Shown here: piece after piece, positions 23,815 through 32,068 of the stretch | Position numbering within the stretch: position 1 is the stretch's first letter | How the letters are laid out: each line of letters opens with the position of its first letter | Assembly (NCBI GenBank): GCA_012965455.1 | Contig: DTSG01000099.1 | Span: forward strand, 1 to 40,409 | Direction: 5' to 3' | DNA length: 40,409 nt | Origin: Planctomycetaceae bacterium | GTDB lineage: Bacteria > Planctomycetota > Planctomycetia > Pirellulales > Pirellulaceae | Notes under the pieces: model-generated | What the model was told of the DNA's origin: nothing | What the model saw: the letters and a program-made list of their open reading frames with translations, nothing else | The model's database searches: none | Translations under genes and position numbers: made by a program

Positions 23815-25022
23815 TGACCTATCTTCAAATTATGAGCGTTGCTCTGATGATGCTCTCGACCAGCGTTGTCGCTGACGAACTGCCGGATGTTTCCGATGAT
23901 CATTATCACCTGCGGGGATCGTTGACCAATAGCAAGTTTGTGTTTGAGTCTACCAAGCGGGGACATGTCGCCTTCATCGGCGGGAGCATTACCGAAATGA
24001 ACGGCTATCGGCCGTTAATGAGTGCTTATTTACAGCAACAATTTCCCGCAACCCAATTCACTTTTACCAATGCCGGCATTGCCTCAACATGTTCGATGAC
24101 CGGTGCGTACCGAATACAGCGGGACGTCTTATCGAAAGGTCCGGTGGATTTGTTGTTTATCGAGTTTGCTGTAAATGATGATCAGGATGCGGGATTTGAT
24201 TTTGCACATGCCGTACGTGGCATGGAAGGGATGATTGCTCATGTACGTCGACATAATCCGCAGGCGGATATCATTGTGACGCATTTTGCCAATCCAGGGA
24301 TGATGGACCGACTTCGTCAAGCTGAGATGCCAGTATCCATGGCAGCACATAATGCGGTTTGCAAACATCATCGCATTTCTACGAATGATCTATGCAGTGA
24401 AATTACCCAGTTAATTGATGCAAAAAAAACGACTTGGGCGATGTATGGCGGAGTGCATCCGAAACCTTACGGGAATGCGATTTGTCAATCGATGCTGGTC
24501 AAACTACTGCAGCAGGGGTGGGAAAAGCCAGTGACTAGGGTCACGTCTCATTTTCAGGCGGCGTCTCTGTTTGACGCCAAAAGCTATGTGGACGGACATT
24601 TTGTCAGTCCTCAAAAAGCTCAGCGGGGAACGGGTTGGCGGTTTTCGGAGCCAGCCTGGAAAGAGATCAAAGGAAGTTTTCGAAATCGATTTGGCGGCGC
24701 ACCGCTGCTCCACGGTCAAAAACCAGAGAGCGAATTTCGTTTTGCATTTGAGGGTACGTTTATGGGAGCTTTTGTTCTAGCAGGCCCCGATGCTGGAGTG
24801 GTTGAAGTACAAGTGGATGGCGGTTCATGGCGCAGCGTTAATTTTTACCACCGCCATAGCCGAGGCCTCCATTACCCACGAACCGTTGTTTTTGCCGAAG
24901 ATCTGAAGGCGGGTTCCCATGTTTTGACGGTACGGATTAGCAAGGCCACCGACGCGCGAAGTCGGGGATGGGCAATACGGATCATGGAATTTGCTGTAAA
25001 TGGTCCACAGATAAAGGACTAA
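23814..25022 (+). CDS. SGNH/GDSL-type hydrolase with C-terminal beta-sandwich-like domain, secreted
   Basis: ATG 23814 overlaps the DUF1501 stop by 1 nt (TGATG). Signal peptide: MTYLQIMSVALMMLSTSVVA. SGNH block I: FIGGSITEMNG. Block III: FAVNDD. Block V-like: GGVHPKPYG. Confidence 0.7.
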   Translation: MTYLQIMSVALMMLSTSVVADELPDVSDDHYHLRGSLTNSKFVFESTKRGHVAFIGGSITEMNGYRPLMSAYLQQQFPATQFTFTNAGIASTCSMTGAYRIQRDVLSKGPVDLLFIEFAVNDDQDAGFDFAHAVRGMEGMIAHVRRHNPQADIIVTHFANPGMMDRLRQAEMPVSMAAHNAVCKHHRISTNDLCSEITQLIDAKKTTWAMYGGVHPKPYGNAICQSMLVKLLQQGWEKPVTRVTSHFQAASLFDAKSYVDGHFVSPQKAQRGTGWRFSEPAWKEIKGSFRNRFGGAPLLHGQKPESEFRFAFEGTFMGAFVLAGPDAGVVEVQVDGGSWRSVNFYHRHSRGLHYPRTVVFAEDLKAGSHVLTVRISKATDARSRGWAIRIMEFAVNGPQIKD

Positions 25023-28000
25023 GGGGTGAGAGTCACCGCAATTTTCCCATTGGCACCTGGCATCGCTTTGATATTTTTGAACGATTGAGCCCAGCCTTTG
25101 TCCGGCTCACTAACAACGATGGTATATATTCCAGCGGCAAAGACTTTGGGACTGAATTGCCGACCGTTGATGCGAATTGTGTAAATGACTTCTGCTGTTT
25201 TGTCATTAACGACTTGGATGACCGGGTTATCGATATCCGTTTCAATCGTCGGTAAGAACGCGACAGCTTTACGTAGATAATTATCGGTTTGGTTAATGGT
25301 CTTAGGCCATCCAGGATAGGGCCGCGCTGTGGGGTCAGTTGGATCAGCAAATCTGGGCCAACATTCCATTTTTATTGTTCGTTTACCTTTATCCATGATG
25401 ACGATTCCATATCCAGGCATACCGTTGTGCAACGCCTTAGGTTCTCGGCCCATGTCCGGTCCAGGGTTGGTTGCCGCATAAACAGTTACTCGATTACCAA
25501 ATCCGTCAAAATGCTCGCCTTGCCACGTCGGTGCTCCCGGGGGACGATTTACTCCAGCAATTTTAGGTTGCCACATCCGCGGGTAAAAATTCGCAATAGA
25601 GGGCACGCAAAAGGACCAAATGGAATTATTATGTTCTTCCACTCCATGGTGTACGATGGTTGCCAAATGTTGGTCTCCCGCTAGGTGGAATGCGAATCCT
25701 TTACGCAGAGCACTAATCGCTTTATTGCGGCCCGTTTGTGGCCAACCGTTGGAATCTAGGTCGGCGATCAAGTACTGCAAACCCCCGCCATGATGTGTAG
25801 CCATGTTAGCGAAGATGGTCTGAGACAGCGCCATTTTCATGTCGGCTCCCTTCCAGTCGCCGCTCCAGTCCTCCAGAAATGTCAGCTGTCGATCGCCCAA
25901 TAGCTTTAATCCAGGGACGTCCGCTTTCAAGACATCAAACTCGGGATTGTTAATATGGTCTGGTCGAGCCGTTCCGGTTGGAGGTAGGCGACCGGCACAG
26001 CCAGACTTGAACTTGCGGTCTTCAAGGATAGCGAAGCTAATGCGGCCATAAGTCATACTGGTGTAGTACACGCCGATGCCTTGATCGATTTTGGTGGGGT
26101 CGTAAGCATCAGGTAAATGACTAGTTTGAGTGCGGTCGACCATCTTGACGAACTCGGCTGGGTGTACATATCCACCAAAATGATCTCGGACTGCCTTGCG
26201 ACCACCTTCGCCCCACACATTTCCCTGAAAGACATCGTGGTCGTCAGGGATCGTCACGGTGGGAATGTCGCGCGTGAGGTCTCGGTATGCCCACGACCAG
26301 AGATACCATTTGTAGAGATAATCTAAGAGGATGTTTTGAGTATCCGGGAACGTTGGGCTGCGACCTTCGTAAAGTTGATCGCCAGAGAAAAACAACACAT
26401 CGGGCTTGTGCGCTGTGACGTGGTCGGAGATCTCTTGATGAGGGAACCACATGCCGTTTCGCCAATCGAACGGTTGGCGTCCGATGTCGTGCGAGACATT
26501 ATGGTTACCCGTAAAGCCAGCGACGACGATTTGTTGTTTGTCGACCGGATCTCGACGGATCGTGCCCGCGAACACCGAGGTTTGTAACTGACCGCTGCGA
26601 TCGCGGGTTTCATAGACCACTCGATAGGGTGTCGTTTTATTCGATTCCCAATTATCAATCGCAAACGGTGCGGTATACCCAGGAACAATGATCGTAGTTG
26701 TCGCAACACGAACCCATTGGTCATCTCGTTGGATCTCTAAATGCGCTTCTTGAACGTCGTCGGCACCGATTGGCGCCAATTGCGCTGTTAATTTCAATCG
26801 CTGGCGACTTATTGTATGTTGGGCTCCGATTACGGGACCTAAGCGGCGTTGCGAAAATGCAGATATTTTATTTCCGCGCAATTGCCAATCTTGAAACCAA
26901 AATCGACATCCAGGATGTGTATCGGATGCCTGACCAGGGTGTGATACAAGTGCGACGTTTCCAATAAGACGAGTGGGCGCCGTTTTGTAAGAGAGGCTCT
27001 GGACGACGTCGCCACTGGCAATATTGATCAAGTCGAGTGTGAGTGTTGCCTGATCTTCCTCTGGACGTACGAAACCGTATAATCGTAAACGGTGTCCGGC
27101 CAGTGTATCTACGACAGGGGGAGCGGGTTCGACAACAGTGCCCTGTTGTCCCAAAGCATAGAATTCGGCCATCACGGTACTGGGTCGATCTAAATGCGAT
27201 GATAGCGCGACGAGTTTCAGAAATCGACCCTTAGCGGTTTCGCAGGATACTTGCTGGAGTTCTCCGCCTTCAGGCAGCGAACCAGCGGCAACGGGGTCGC
27301 CCCAAGTTTCGCCATCAGCACTTATATAAAATGCGTATTTTAGGATACGTCCGCTAACGTTGCTCTTCCGCGGCTGGTAGGCAAAGCCATTAATCACATT
27401 TGTTTGACCCATATCGATCGTAACGTGATGCGGGTGTTTAGGCTTGGCTGTTTTCCATTGCGTGTGCCAGATTGTATTGTCATTGCCGTCGAGGATATTC
27501 GCGGCTGGTGATCCGGTTTCAATACTATCAACATCGACGATCTTCCATTTCTCGCGGTTTAACGAGCCGCTGGGAACGTCGGCGACATACTGTAGAGTCC
27601 CGAGCTGTTCAAAATCTTGGATAATTAGGGAGCCGTTGGGGCGTACACCCGCGAGTATCCCCGCTCCAGGACCACGGTACTGGTGGACGATTGCTGCCGC
27701 CCGGTAGTCCATGGAATCGCCGCCGACACCGATTAAAAATCCAGCCAATCCATGTGGGTTTACGGTCGCTGGATTTTCATTCGCTAGGCCCAGAGTGATA
27801 TCTAGTTGAAATCGTCCCGCTTGGTCGTTTAATCGATGTGTCAGTGTATGCAAGGTGCGAACGCCGAGTCGAGATTGGCCGGCGATACATTCCAAGCGGC
27901 CATCACGCACGGCCCAATCTTGTAAACGGTTCGCCCAAAAGTCGGTGCCAGCCCAAGTTCGTGAGTGCGTGGAGGACCAGTTAAATGTATGGTCTTCAGC

Positions 28001-28057
28001 GGAGACGGATAAACATAATACAGCCGCAAAAAAAGCGACGATGGGAGATAGTTTCAT
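25019..28057 (-). CDS. PhoD-like metallophosphatase with an inserted F5/8 type C (discoidin) carbohydrate-binding domain, secreted
   Basis: Signal peptide MKLSPIVAFFAAVLCLSVSA. Discoidin signature: ILDGNDNTIWHTQW...HHVTIDMG...INGFAYQPR...YAFYISADGETWG. PhoD-like core: VVAGFTGNHN, FFSGDQLYEG, IPDDHDVFQGNVWG, HLAGDQHLATIVHHG. Confidence 0.75.
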   Translation of the reverse strand: MKLSPIVAFFAAVLCLSVSAEDHTFNWSSTHSRTWAGTDFWANRLQDWAVRDGRLECIAGQSRLGVRTLHTLTHRLNDQAGRFQLDITLGLANENPATVNPHGLAGFLIGVGGDSMDYRAAAIVHQYRGPGAGILAGVRPNGSLIIQDFEQLGTLQYVADVPSGSLNREKWKIVDVDSIETGSPAANILDGNDNTIWHTQWKTAKPKHPHHVTIDMGQTNVINGFAYQPRKSNVSGRILKYAFYISADGETWGDPVAAGSLPEGGELQQVSCETAKGRFLKLVALSSHLDRPSTVMAEFYALGQQGTVVEPAPPVVDTLAGHRLRLYGFVRPEEDQATLTLDLINIASGDVVQSLSYKTAPTRLIGNVALVSHPGQASDTHPGCRFWFQDWQLRGNKISAFSQRRLGPVIGAQHTISRQRLKLTAQLAPIGADDVQEAHLEIQRDDQWVRVATTTIIVPGYTAPFAIDNWESNKTTPYRVVYETRDRSGQLQTSVFAGTIRRDPVDKQQIVVAGFTGNHNVSHDIGRQPFDWRNGMWFPHQEISDHVTAHKPDVLFFSGDQLYEGRSPTFPDTQNILLDYLYKWYLWSWAYRDLTRDIPTVTIPDDHDVFQGNVWGEGGRKAVRDHFGGYVHPAEFVKMVDRTQTSHLPDAYDPTKIDQGIGVYYTSMTYGRISFAILEDRKFKSGCAGRLPPTGTARPDHINNPEFDVLKADVPGLKLLGDRQLTFLEDWSGDWKGADMKMALSQTIFANMATHHGGGLQYLIADLDSNGWPQTGRNKAISALRKGFAFHLAGDQHLATIVHHGVEEHNNSIWSFCVPSIANFYPRMWQPKIAGVNRPPGAPTWQGEHFDGFGNRVTVYAATNPGPDMGREPKALHNGMPGYGIVIMDKGKRTIKMECWPRFADPTDPTARPYPGWPKTINQTDNYLRKAVAFLPTIETDIDNPVIQVVNDKTAEVIYTIRINGRQFSPKVFAAGIYTIVVSEPDKGWAQSFKNIKAMPGANGKIAVTLTP

Positions 28058-28132
28058 GTTGGACGTTTGTTCCAGCTAAATGCGAAAAATAGAATGAGCA
28101 GCGATTGTTTCAATGGCATTCAAGAATGAAGG

Positions 28133-30001
28133 CTAGGGCAGTTCCAAGGCATTGCCATCATTGGCATTAAACAGATTGAGCCAAGTGTCAGTTGGTAGAT
28201 CTAGGTCCAATCTTTTGACCGCACCGTCCGCTAACAGTACGCTGGTTTTGTCATGACCTCTTAACCCAAGGCTGTCGAGCTCGTTTTCCCCAGTAAATAG
28301 AATGGGATCAGGTTTGGTCCACGGTGTTGCGTGGTCAGGGCCAACTGCGATAACGAGGCCAGTATTTGACGTCCCGTCCTTAATAGAACTAAACGTTTGC
28401 TTCGTTACTTGAGTCAACACTGAGCCTTTACAAACGGGCGCTCGATATACGGTTTTTGTTGTTAGTTCGGGATAACTAGGATGAAGATATACGTGGGGCA
28501 TGCGGTCTTGGAGTTTGATATTGTGATCACTGTCCCATGGCTCATTCAAATGAAAGGCAGCGTACAACTCCTGTTCTCCCACATAGGGCAAAATATGTAC
28601 CCGCCAGCTTAAAAGCGGTTTGCCGTCGGCAAAATGTACCGTGTTTGTTTCACCCGTTGGTAGCTGGTCATGACGATTGTGATAGTTGTGTAATCCGAGT
28701 CCGATTTCTTTGAGGTCATTACTTTCGTGCATCTGATTCGTCGCTTCCTTCGCATTTGCAATCCCCATTTTAATGAACTTAATAATCTGTGCACGTAACG
28801 CGTCATTGGTTTCTAAGGATACCGTAATGGTGTTGTCCGTTTTCGTCACACTAAGGTTTTGCACAAGTGTGTTGGCCATCTTTAGTGCCTCAATCATTTC
28901 TGGTTCGGCATTGGGGTTGGCTTCAAATTGCAGAACTTGATTTGGCAAAAGGCTCTTTCCAAGCGAAGCAAAGAAATTAACCTGTGTAAATACGTCAATC
29001 GTCGTTTCCTCATCGGGTGTCATGAGCTCGATGAAGATGGGAGTGTCAGAATCAGGGTTGATGGCAATCGCCGATGAACTAACATTTTTCATGAAAGCGA
29101 CTACGGGTGCAATCTGAGGTGTCTCGGCGAAAAGTTCGTCGAATGCCCAGTCTGGGACGGAGTCAAAAACCGACTTTGTTTCAGTCGCGACAACAAGCAG
29201 ATTATCTCCGCTCAGAGAGGAGACGAGCTCAGCTAGTGCGTTATCACCGCCTTTGCCAGCGACCATTTGCAATAGCTCAGGTTTCGACCCCAACATGATC
29301 GTGGAATTATCTTTGATGTGAACGGCAAACTCTTCGATAAAACTGTTTTGCCAGATGTCCCTGCCGTCTACCGTTGTCACTTCAAACCCACCTTCTTTTA
29401 ACCTGGCGATGAGTGATTCCGTATTCGCGTCGTCGAGTAACGTAATAACAGCTCCATACTTCATGGTGGGCGGTTTCTTATCATCGGCTTCAACGGTGGT
29501 TTCAGGAGCAGGTTGATTTTCATCTGCCGGTGCTGCTTCGATGGGTTCAAATGCGTTCCCTTGCCGCTCATATATAGTAGGTTCGTCAATTTGTTCCGGA
29601 ATGGGAATGCTACCGAGCACCAACACTCGATCGATTTGAGTAACAGCAATTCCCGTTTGGGTTTGTAATTGGCTTAGTGGATTTTGATTGCCTGGGGCGG
29701 TGGACAACATTGCTTCCATGATTGGAGCGACGAGTTTGGACGTCATGATTTTCGAGGGCCGGGCCAGAACAGCGACCTGGAAGTCATCTAGGATAACCGA
29801 AGTATCTGCTGAGTTACTACCATGGATGTTCGTTACTGGTGTTGTGCTCGGAGTATCTGTTGCACCTTCTGCATTTCCCGCCGTAGGGGCATCTATAACA
29901 ATTGGCGGTAGCGGTGTATCTTCGTCGGAATCACAACCGGCGATGAAGAGTGCCGACACAAGCAGTGGTAGAACAAGGAGATTGCGGTAGATGTTGCGCA
30001 T
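28133..30001 (-). CDS. Lipoprotein with an unknown ~430-aa N-terminal region and a C-terminal DUF1559/H-X9-DG-type domain (no prepilin leader)
   Basis: The ORF is open from 30100. ATG 30001 gives MRNIYRNLLVLPLLVSALFIAGC, with the lipobox Cys at 29933-29935. DUF1559-like region: NDLKEIGLGLHNYHNRHDQLP, LSWRVHILPYVGEQELYAAFHLNEPWDSDHN. C-terminal HDKTSVLLADG (H-x8-DG) at 28223-28255. Confidence 0.7.
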   Translation of the reverse strand: MRNIYRNLLVLPLLVSALFIAGCDSDEDTPLPPIVIDAPTAGNAEGATDTPSTTPVTNIHGSNSADTSVILDDFQVAVLARPSKIMTSKLVAPIMEAMLSTAPGNQNPLSQLQTQTGIAVTQIDRVLVLGSIPIPEQIDEPTIYERQGNAFEPIEAAPADENQPAPETTVEADDKKPPTMKYGAVITLLDDANTESLIARLKEGGFEVTTVDGRDIWQNSFIEEFAVHIKDNSTIMLGSKPELLQMVAGKGGDNALAELVSSLSGDNLLVVATETKSVFDSVPDWAFDELFAETPQIAPVVAFMKNVSSSAIAINPDSDTPIFIELMTPDEETTIDVFTQVNFFASLGKSLLPNQVLQFEANPNAEPEMIEALKMANTLVQNLSVTKTDNTITVSLETNDALRAQIIKFIKMGIANAKEATNQMHESNDLKEIGLGLHNYHNRHDQLPTGETNTVHFADGKPLLSWRVHILPYVGEQELYAAFHLNEPWDSDHNIKLQDRMPHVYLHPSYPELTTKTVYRAPVCKGSVLTQVTKQTFSSIKDGTSNTGLVIAVGPDHATPWTKPDPILFTGENELDSLGLRGHDKTSVLLADGAVKRLDLDLPTDTWLNLFNANDGNALELP

Positions 30002-30126
30002 AGTAATAGCTTTTTGGTGAGCAGAGAGAAGTAAGCACCGCGAGTCGTAGCGAGTACGCCCAGCGGAAATTATTATGGATTGAAATGGTTTAGATTTCAA
30101 ATCCCCGATGTTTCCTATTACAAGAG

Positions 30127-30951
30127 CTATTTTTCAGCAGTCAATACGCAGCGTAGACCCAGTGCGTCGTCTTTATGGTCAGCGGGAACGATAAAACGAA
30201 AGCTGCTAGTCAGCTTCAGCGGCTTATCTTTCCAGCTCCCGCCGCGCGCGATGCGAGTTTTACTCTTAGCGGTAATCCATGCGGAGCCGTCGGAGGGCGC
30301 TTGATCGTAGTCATTGTGACCAGTATCCAAACACCATTCCCATAAATACCCGTGGATGTCATAGAGCCCCCAGGGGTTTGGCTTTTTTGCACCGACTGGG
30401 GGATCGTTCCCCGCGGCATTTCCTGTATGCCATCCGTAGTCATTTAGTTTTTCCACGGAATTACCGAAGCTGTAGATTGTTTCCGTTCCCGCTCGGGCGA
30501 AATATTCCCATTCGGCTTCTGACGGCAAACGAACGACTTGGTTTCCCTTGATCAACTTTGCCTGTCTCATCAAGAGAGTTGTTTTTTGACAAAAATCTTG
30601 TGCCTCGGCAAAGGAGAGCATTTCAACGGAGTTTCGGGGTCCCTTCCATTTAGAAGGGTTACTGCCCATAACCGCTTCCCATAGGTTTTGCGGAATTTCG
30701 TAGCGAGCTACGGAAAAGCTATATGCGATGGCTACGCTGTGTTGGGGTTGTTCAAGCGACGCTGCAGTTTTGCCGCCACCCATTTGGAATGTCTTGCTAA
30801 AGTGTTTGGTGTCGGGCCCAATCGCAACAAATTCGCTGTGAAAAACCTTCAACAAAGCCAATTGGCTTTCGGTCGGTTGTTGTGCCTGAATGGTTGCCGA
30901 TGACAGCGCGCTGATCACAGTTGCAATCGTCAGAACGAGGCTTCTAGTCAC
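30127..30951 (-). CDS. FGE-sulfatase (SUMF1/EgtB/PvdO/GldK-like) fold protein, secreted, lacking the FGE catalytic cysteine pair
   Basis: The GTG start overlaps the floA stop (GTGA at 30948-30951). Signal peptide: [25 protein letters not shown]-fold motifs: [60 protein letters not shown]. No Cys-x4-Cys follows the RGGSW motif. Confidence 0.8.
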   Translation of the reverse strand: MTRSLVLTIATVISALSSATIQAQQPTESQLALLKVFHSEFVAIGPDTKHFSKTFQMGGGKTAASLEQPQHSVAIAYSFSVARYEIPQNLWEAVMGSNPSKWKGPRNSVEMLSFAEAQDFCQKTTLLMRQAKLIKGNQVVRLPSEAEWEYFARAGTETIYSFGNSVEKLNDYGWHTGNAAGNDPPVGAKKPNPWGLYDIHGYLWEWCLDTGHNDYDQAPSDGSAWITAKSKTRIARGGSWKDKPLKLTSSFRFIVPADHKDDALGLRCVLTAEK

Positions 30952-31958
30952 AATGGAGATCCTTCAGCGAACCCAATTTTTCCGGTTTGGAACGCGGTGG
31001 CCATTGCCAGCGGCACTTGGGCTTCCGCGAGTACTAGCTTGGCCCGATTGGCGACGACAGCTGCTTTCATTTCTTGTTCAACGGCGATAGCCTCTGCTCG
31101 ACGTTGTTCAGCTTGAGCCCGCGCGACCCGTGTGTCAGCCTCCGCCTGATCCGCTTGTAATCGCGAGCCGATATTTTCGCCGACATCGACATCGGCAATA
31201 TCAATCGAGACAATCTCAAAAGCGGTTTGTGAATCTAACCCTCGTTCTAGTACTGCCTTGGTGATCCTGTCTGGATTTTCAAGTATAGCGGCATGTCCAG
31301 TGGCGGATCCGATTGAGGAGATGATACTTTCACCGACTCGAGCAATAATTGTTTCTTCTGTTGCGCCCCCAATCAATTGTGTAAGATTGGTTCGCACGGT
31401 AACTTGAGCTCGTACTTTCAGCTCGACGCCATTACGAGCGACAGCACTTAAAAATGTTTTTCCGCTACGTTCTGGGTCGGGGCAATGAATGACTTTAGGT
31501 TCAACGCTGGTACGAACGGCGTCCACGACATCGCGTCCGGCAAGGTCGATAGCCGCGGCTTGATCAAATTCGAGATCGATGCCAGCACTATTGGCAGCAA
31601 CTAGTGCGTCCACGACACGTAATATATTGCCACCGGCTAAGTAATGTGCTTCAAGTCGTTTAGTGGTGACAATTCCGCCGTCGAGGACAGTATCGCCGAT
31701 AGCGTTCGCTTCGGTCGGCAGATTAGCCTGGACCGCTTGGATTTTAGCCCGCATCATGGCTTTTTGATTTACTTGTCGGAACCCCATGGTTACTAGTTCA
31801 AGTAATCCAATTTGCGCCCCACAATTAAAGCCCTCGAACCACAGCGCGCCATATTTCAATGCGATGATAAATAAGGATAATCCAAGGATGCCCAAAAACC
31901 CAAAGACAACGGTCCAAAGGACTCCCGTAGCATCCGCTAAAACAATAATATGTTCCAT
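30948..31958 (-). CDS. floA: Flotillin-like protein FloA (SPFH-domain, UPF0365/YqfA family)
   Basis: ATG 31958 lies 7 nt after GGAGG. The N-terminus has a TM hairpin. There is strong recalled similarity to B. subtilis FloA: [79 protein letters not shown]. Confidence 0.9.
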   Translation of the reverse strand: MEHIIVLADATGVLWTVVFGFLGILGLSLFIIALKYGALWFEGFNCGAQIGLLELVTMGFRQVNQKAMMRAKIQAVQANLPTEANAIGDTVLDGGIVTTKRLEAHYLAGGNILRVVDALVAANSAGIDLEFDQAAAIDLAGRDVVDAVRTSVEPKVIHCPDPERSGKTFLSAVARNGVELKVRAQVTVRTNLTQLIGGATEETIIARVGESIISSIGSATGHAAILENPDRITKAVLERGLDSQTAFEIVSIDIADVDVGENIGSRLQADQAEADTRVARAQAEQRRAEAIAVEQEMKAAVVANRAKLVLAEAQVPLAMATAFQTGKIGFAEGSPL

Positions 31959-31996
31959 GGTCAAACCTCCGAAAAAATGTCTACTCCTAGATGATA

Positions 31997-32006
31997 CCCT
32001 ATAATG
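31997..32006 (-). promoter_or_regulatory. CATTATAGGG box (variant of TATTATAGAG) upstream of floA
   Basis: The reverse complement of 31997-32006 is CATTATAGGG, an 8/10 match to the box at 11963 and 19119. It lies 38 nt upstream of the floA ATG. Confidence 0.3.
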
Positions 32007-32035
32007 AATATCGATGTGTACGGTTTAATTGTCAA
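32007..32035 (-). promoter_or_regulatory. Candidate sigma70-like promoter for floA
   Basis: On the minus strand: a perfect TTGACA (complement of 32030-32035), a 17-nt spacer, then GATATT (complement of 32007-32012). This puts the TSS about 40-45 nt upstream of the floA ATG. Confidence 0.35.
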
Positions 32036-32068
32036 ATGAGCGTAGCTTTTTCAGTTTTGAGGTTATAG

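Noticed and set aside
31959-32068. TPP (thiamine) riboswitch upstream of the NMT1/THI5-like binding protein or of the ATPase/permease unit (36187-36278)
   Set aside because: Neither region contains the conserved CUGAGA and ACCUGAUCUGGAUAAUGCCAGCG-like cores. Both regions are also too short (about 90-110 nt including promoters).
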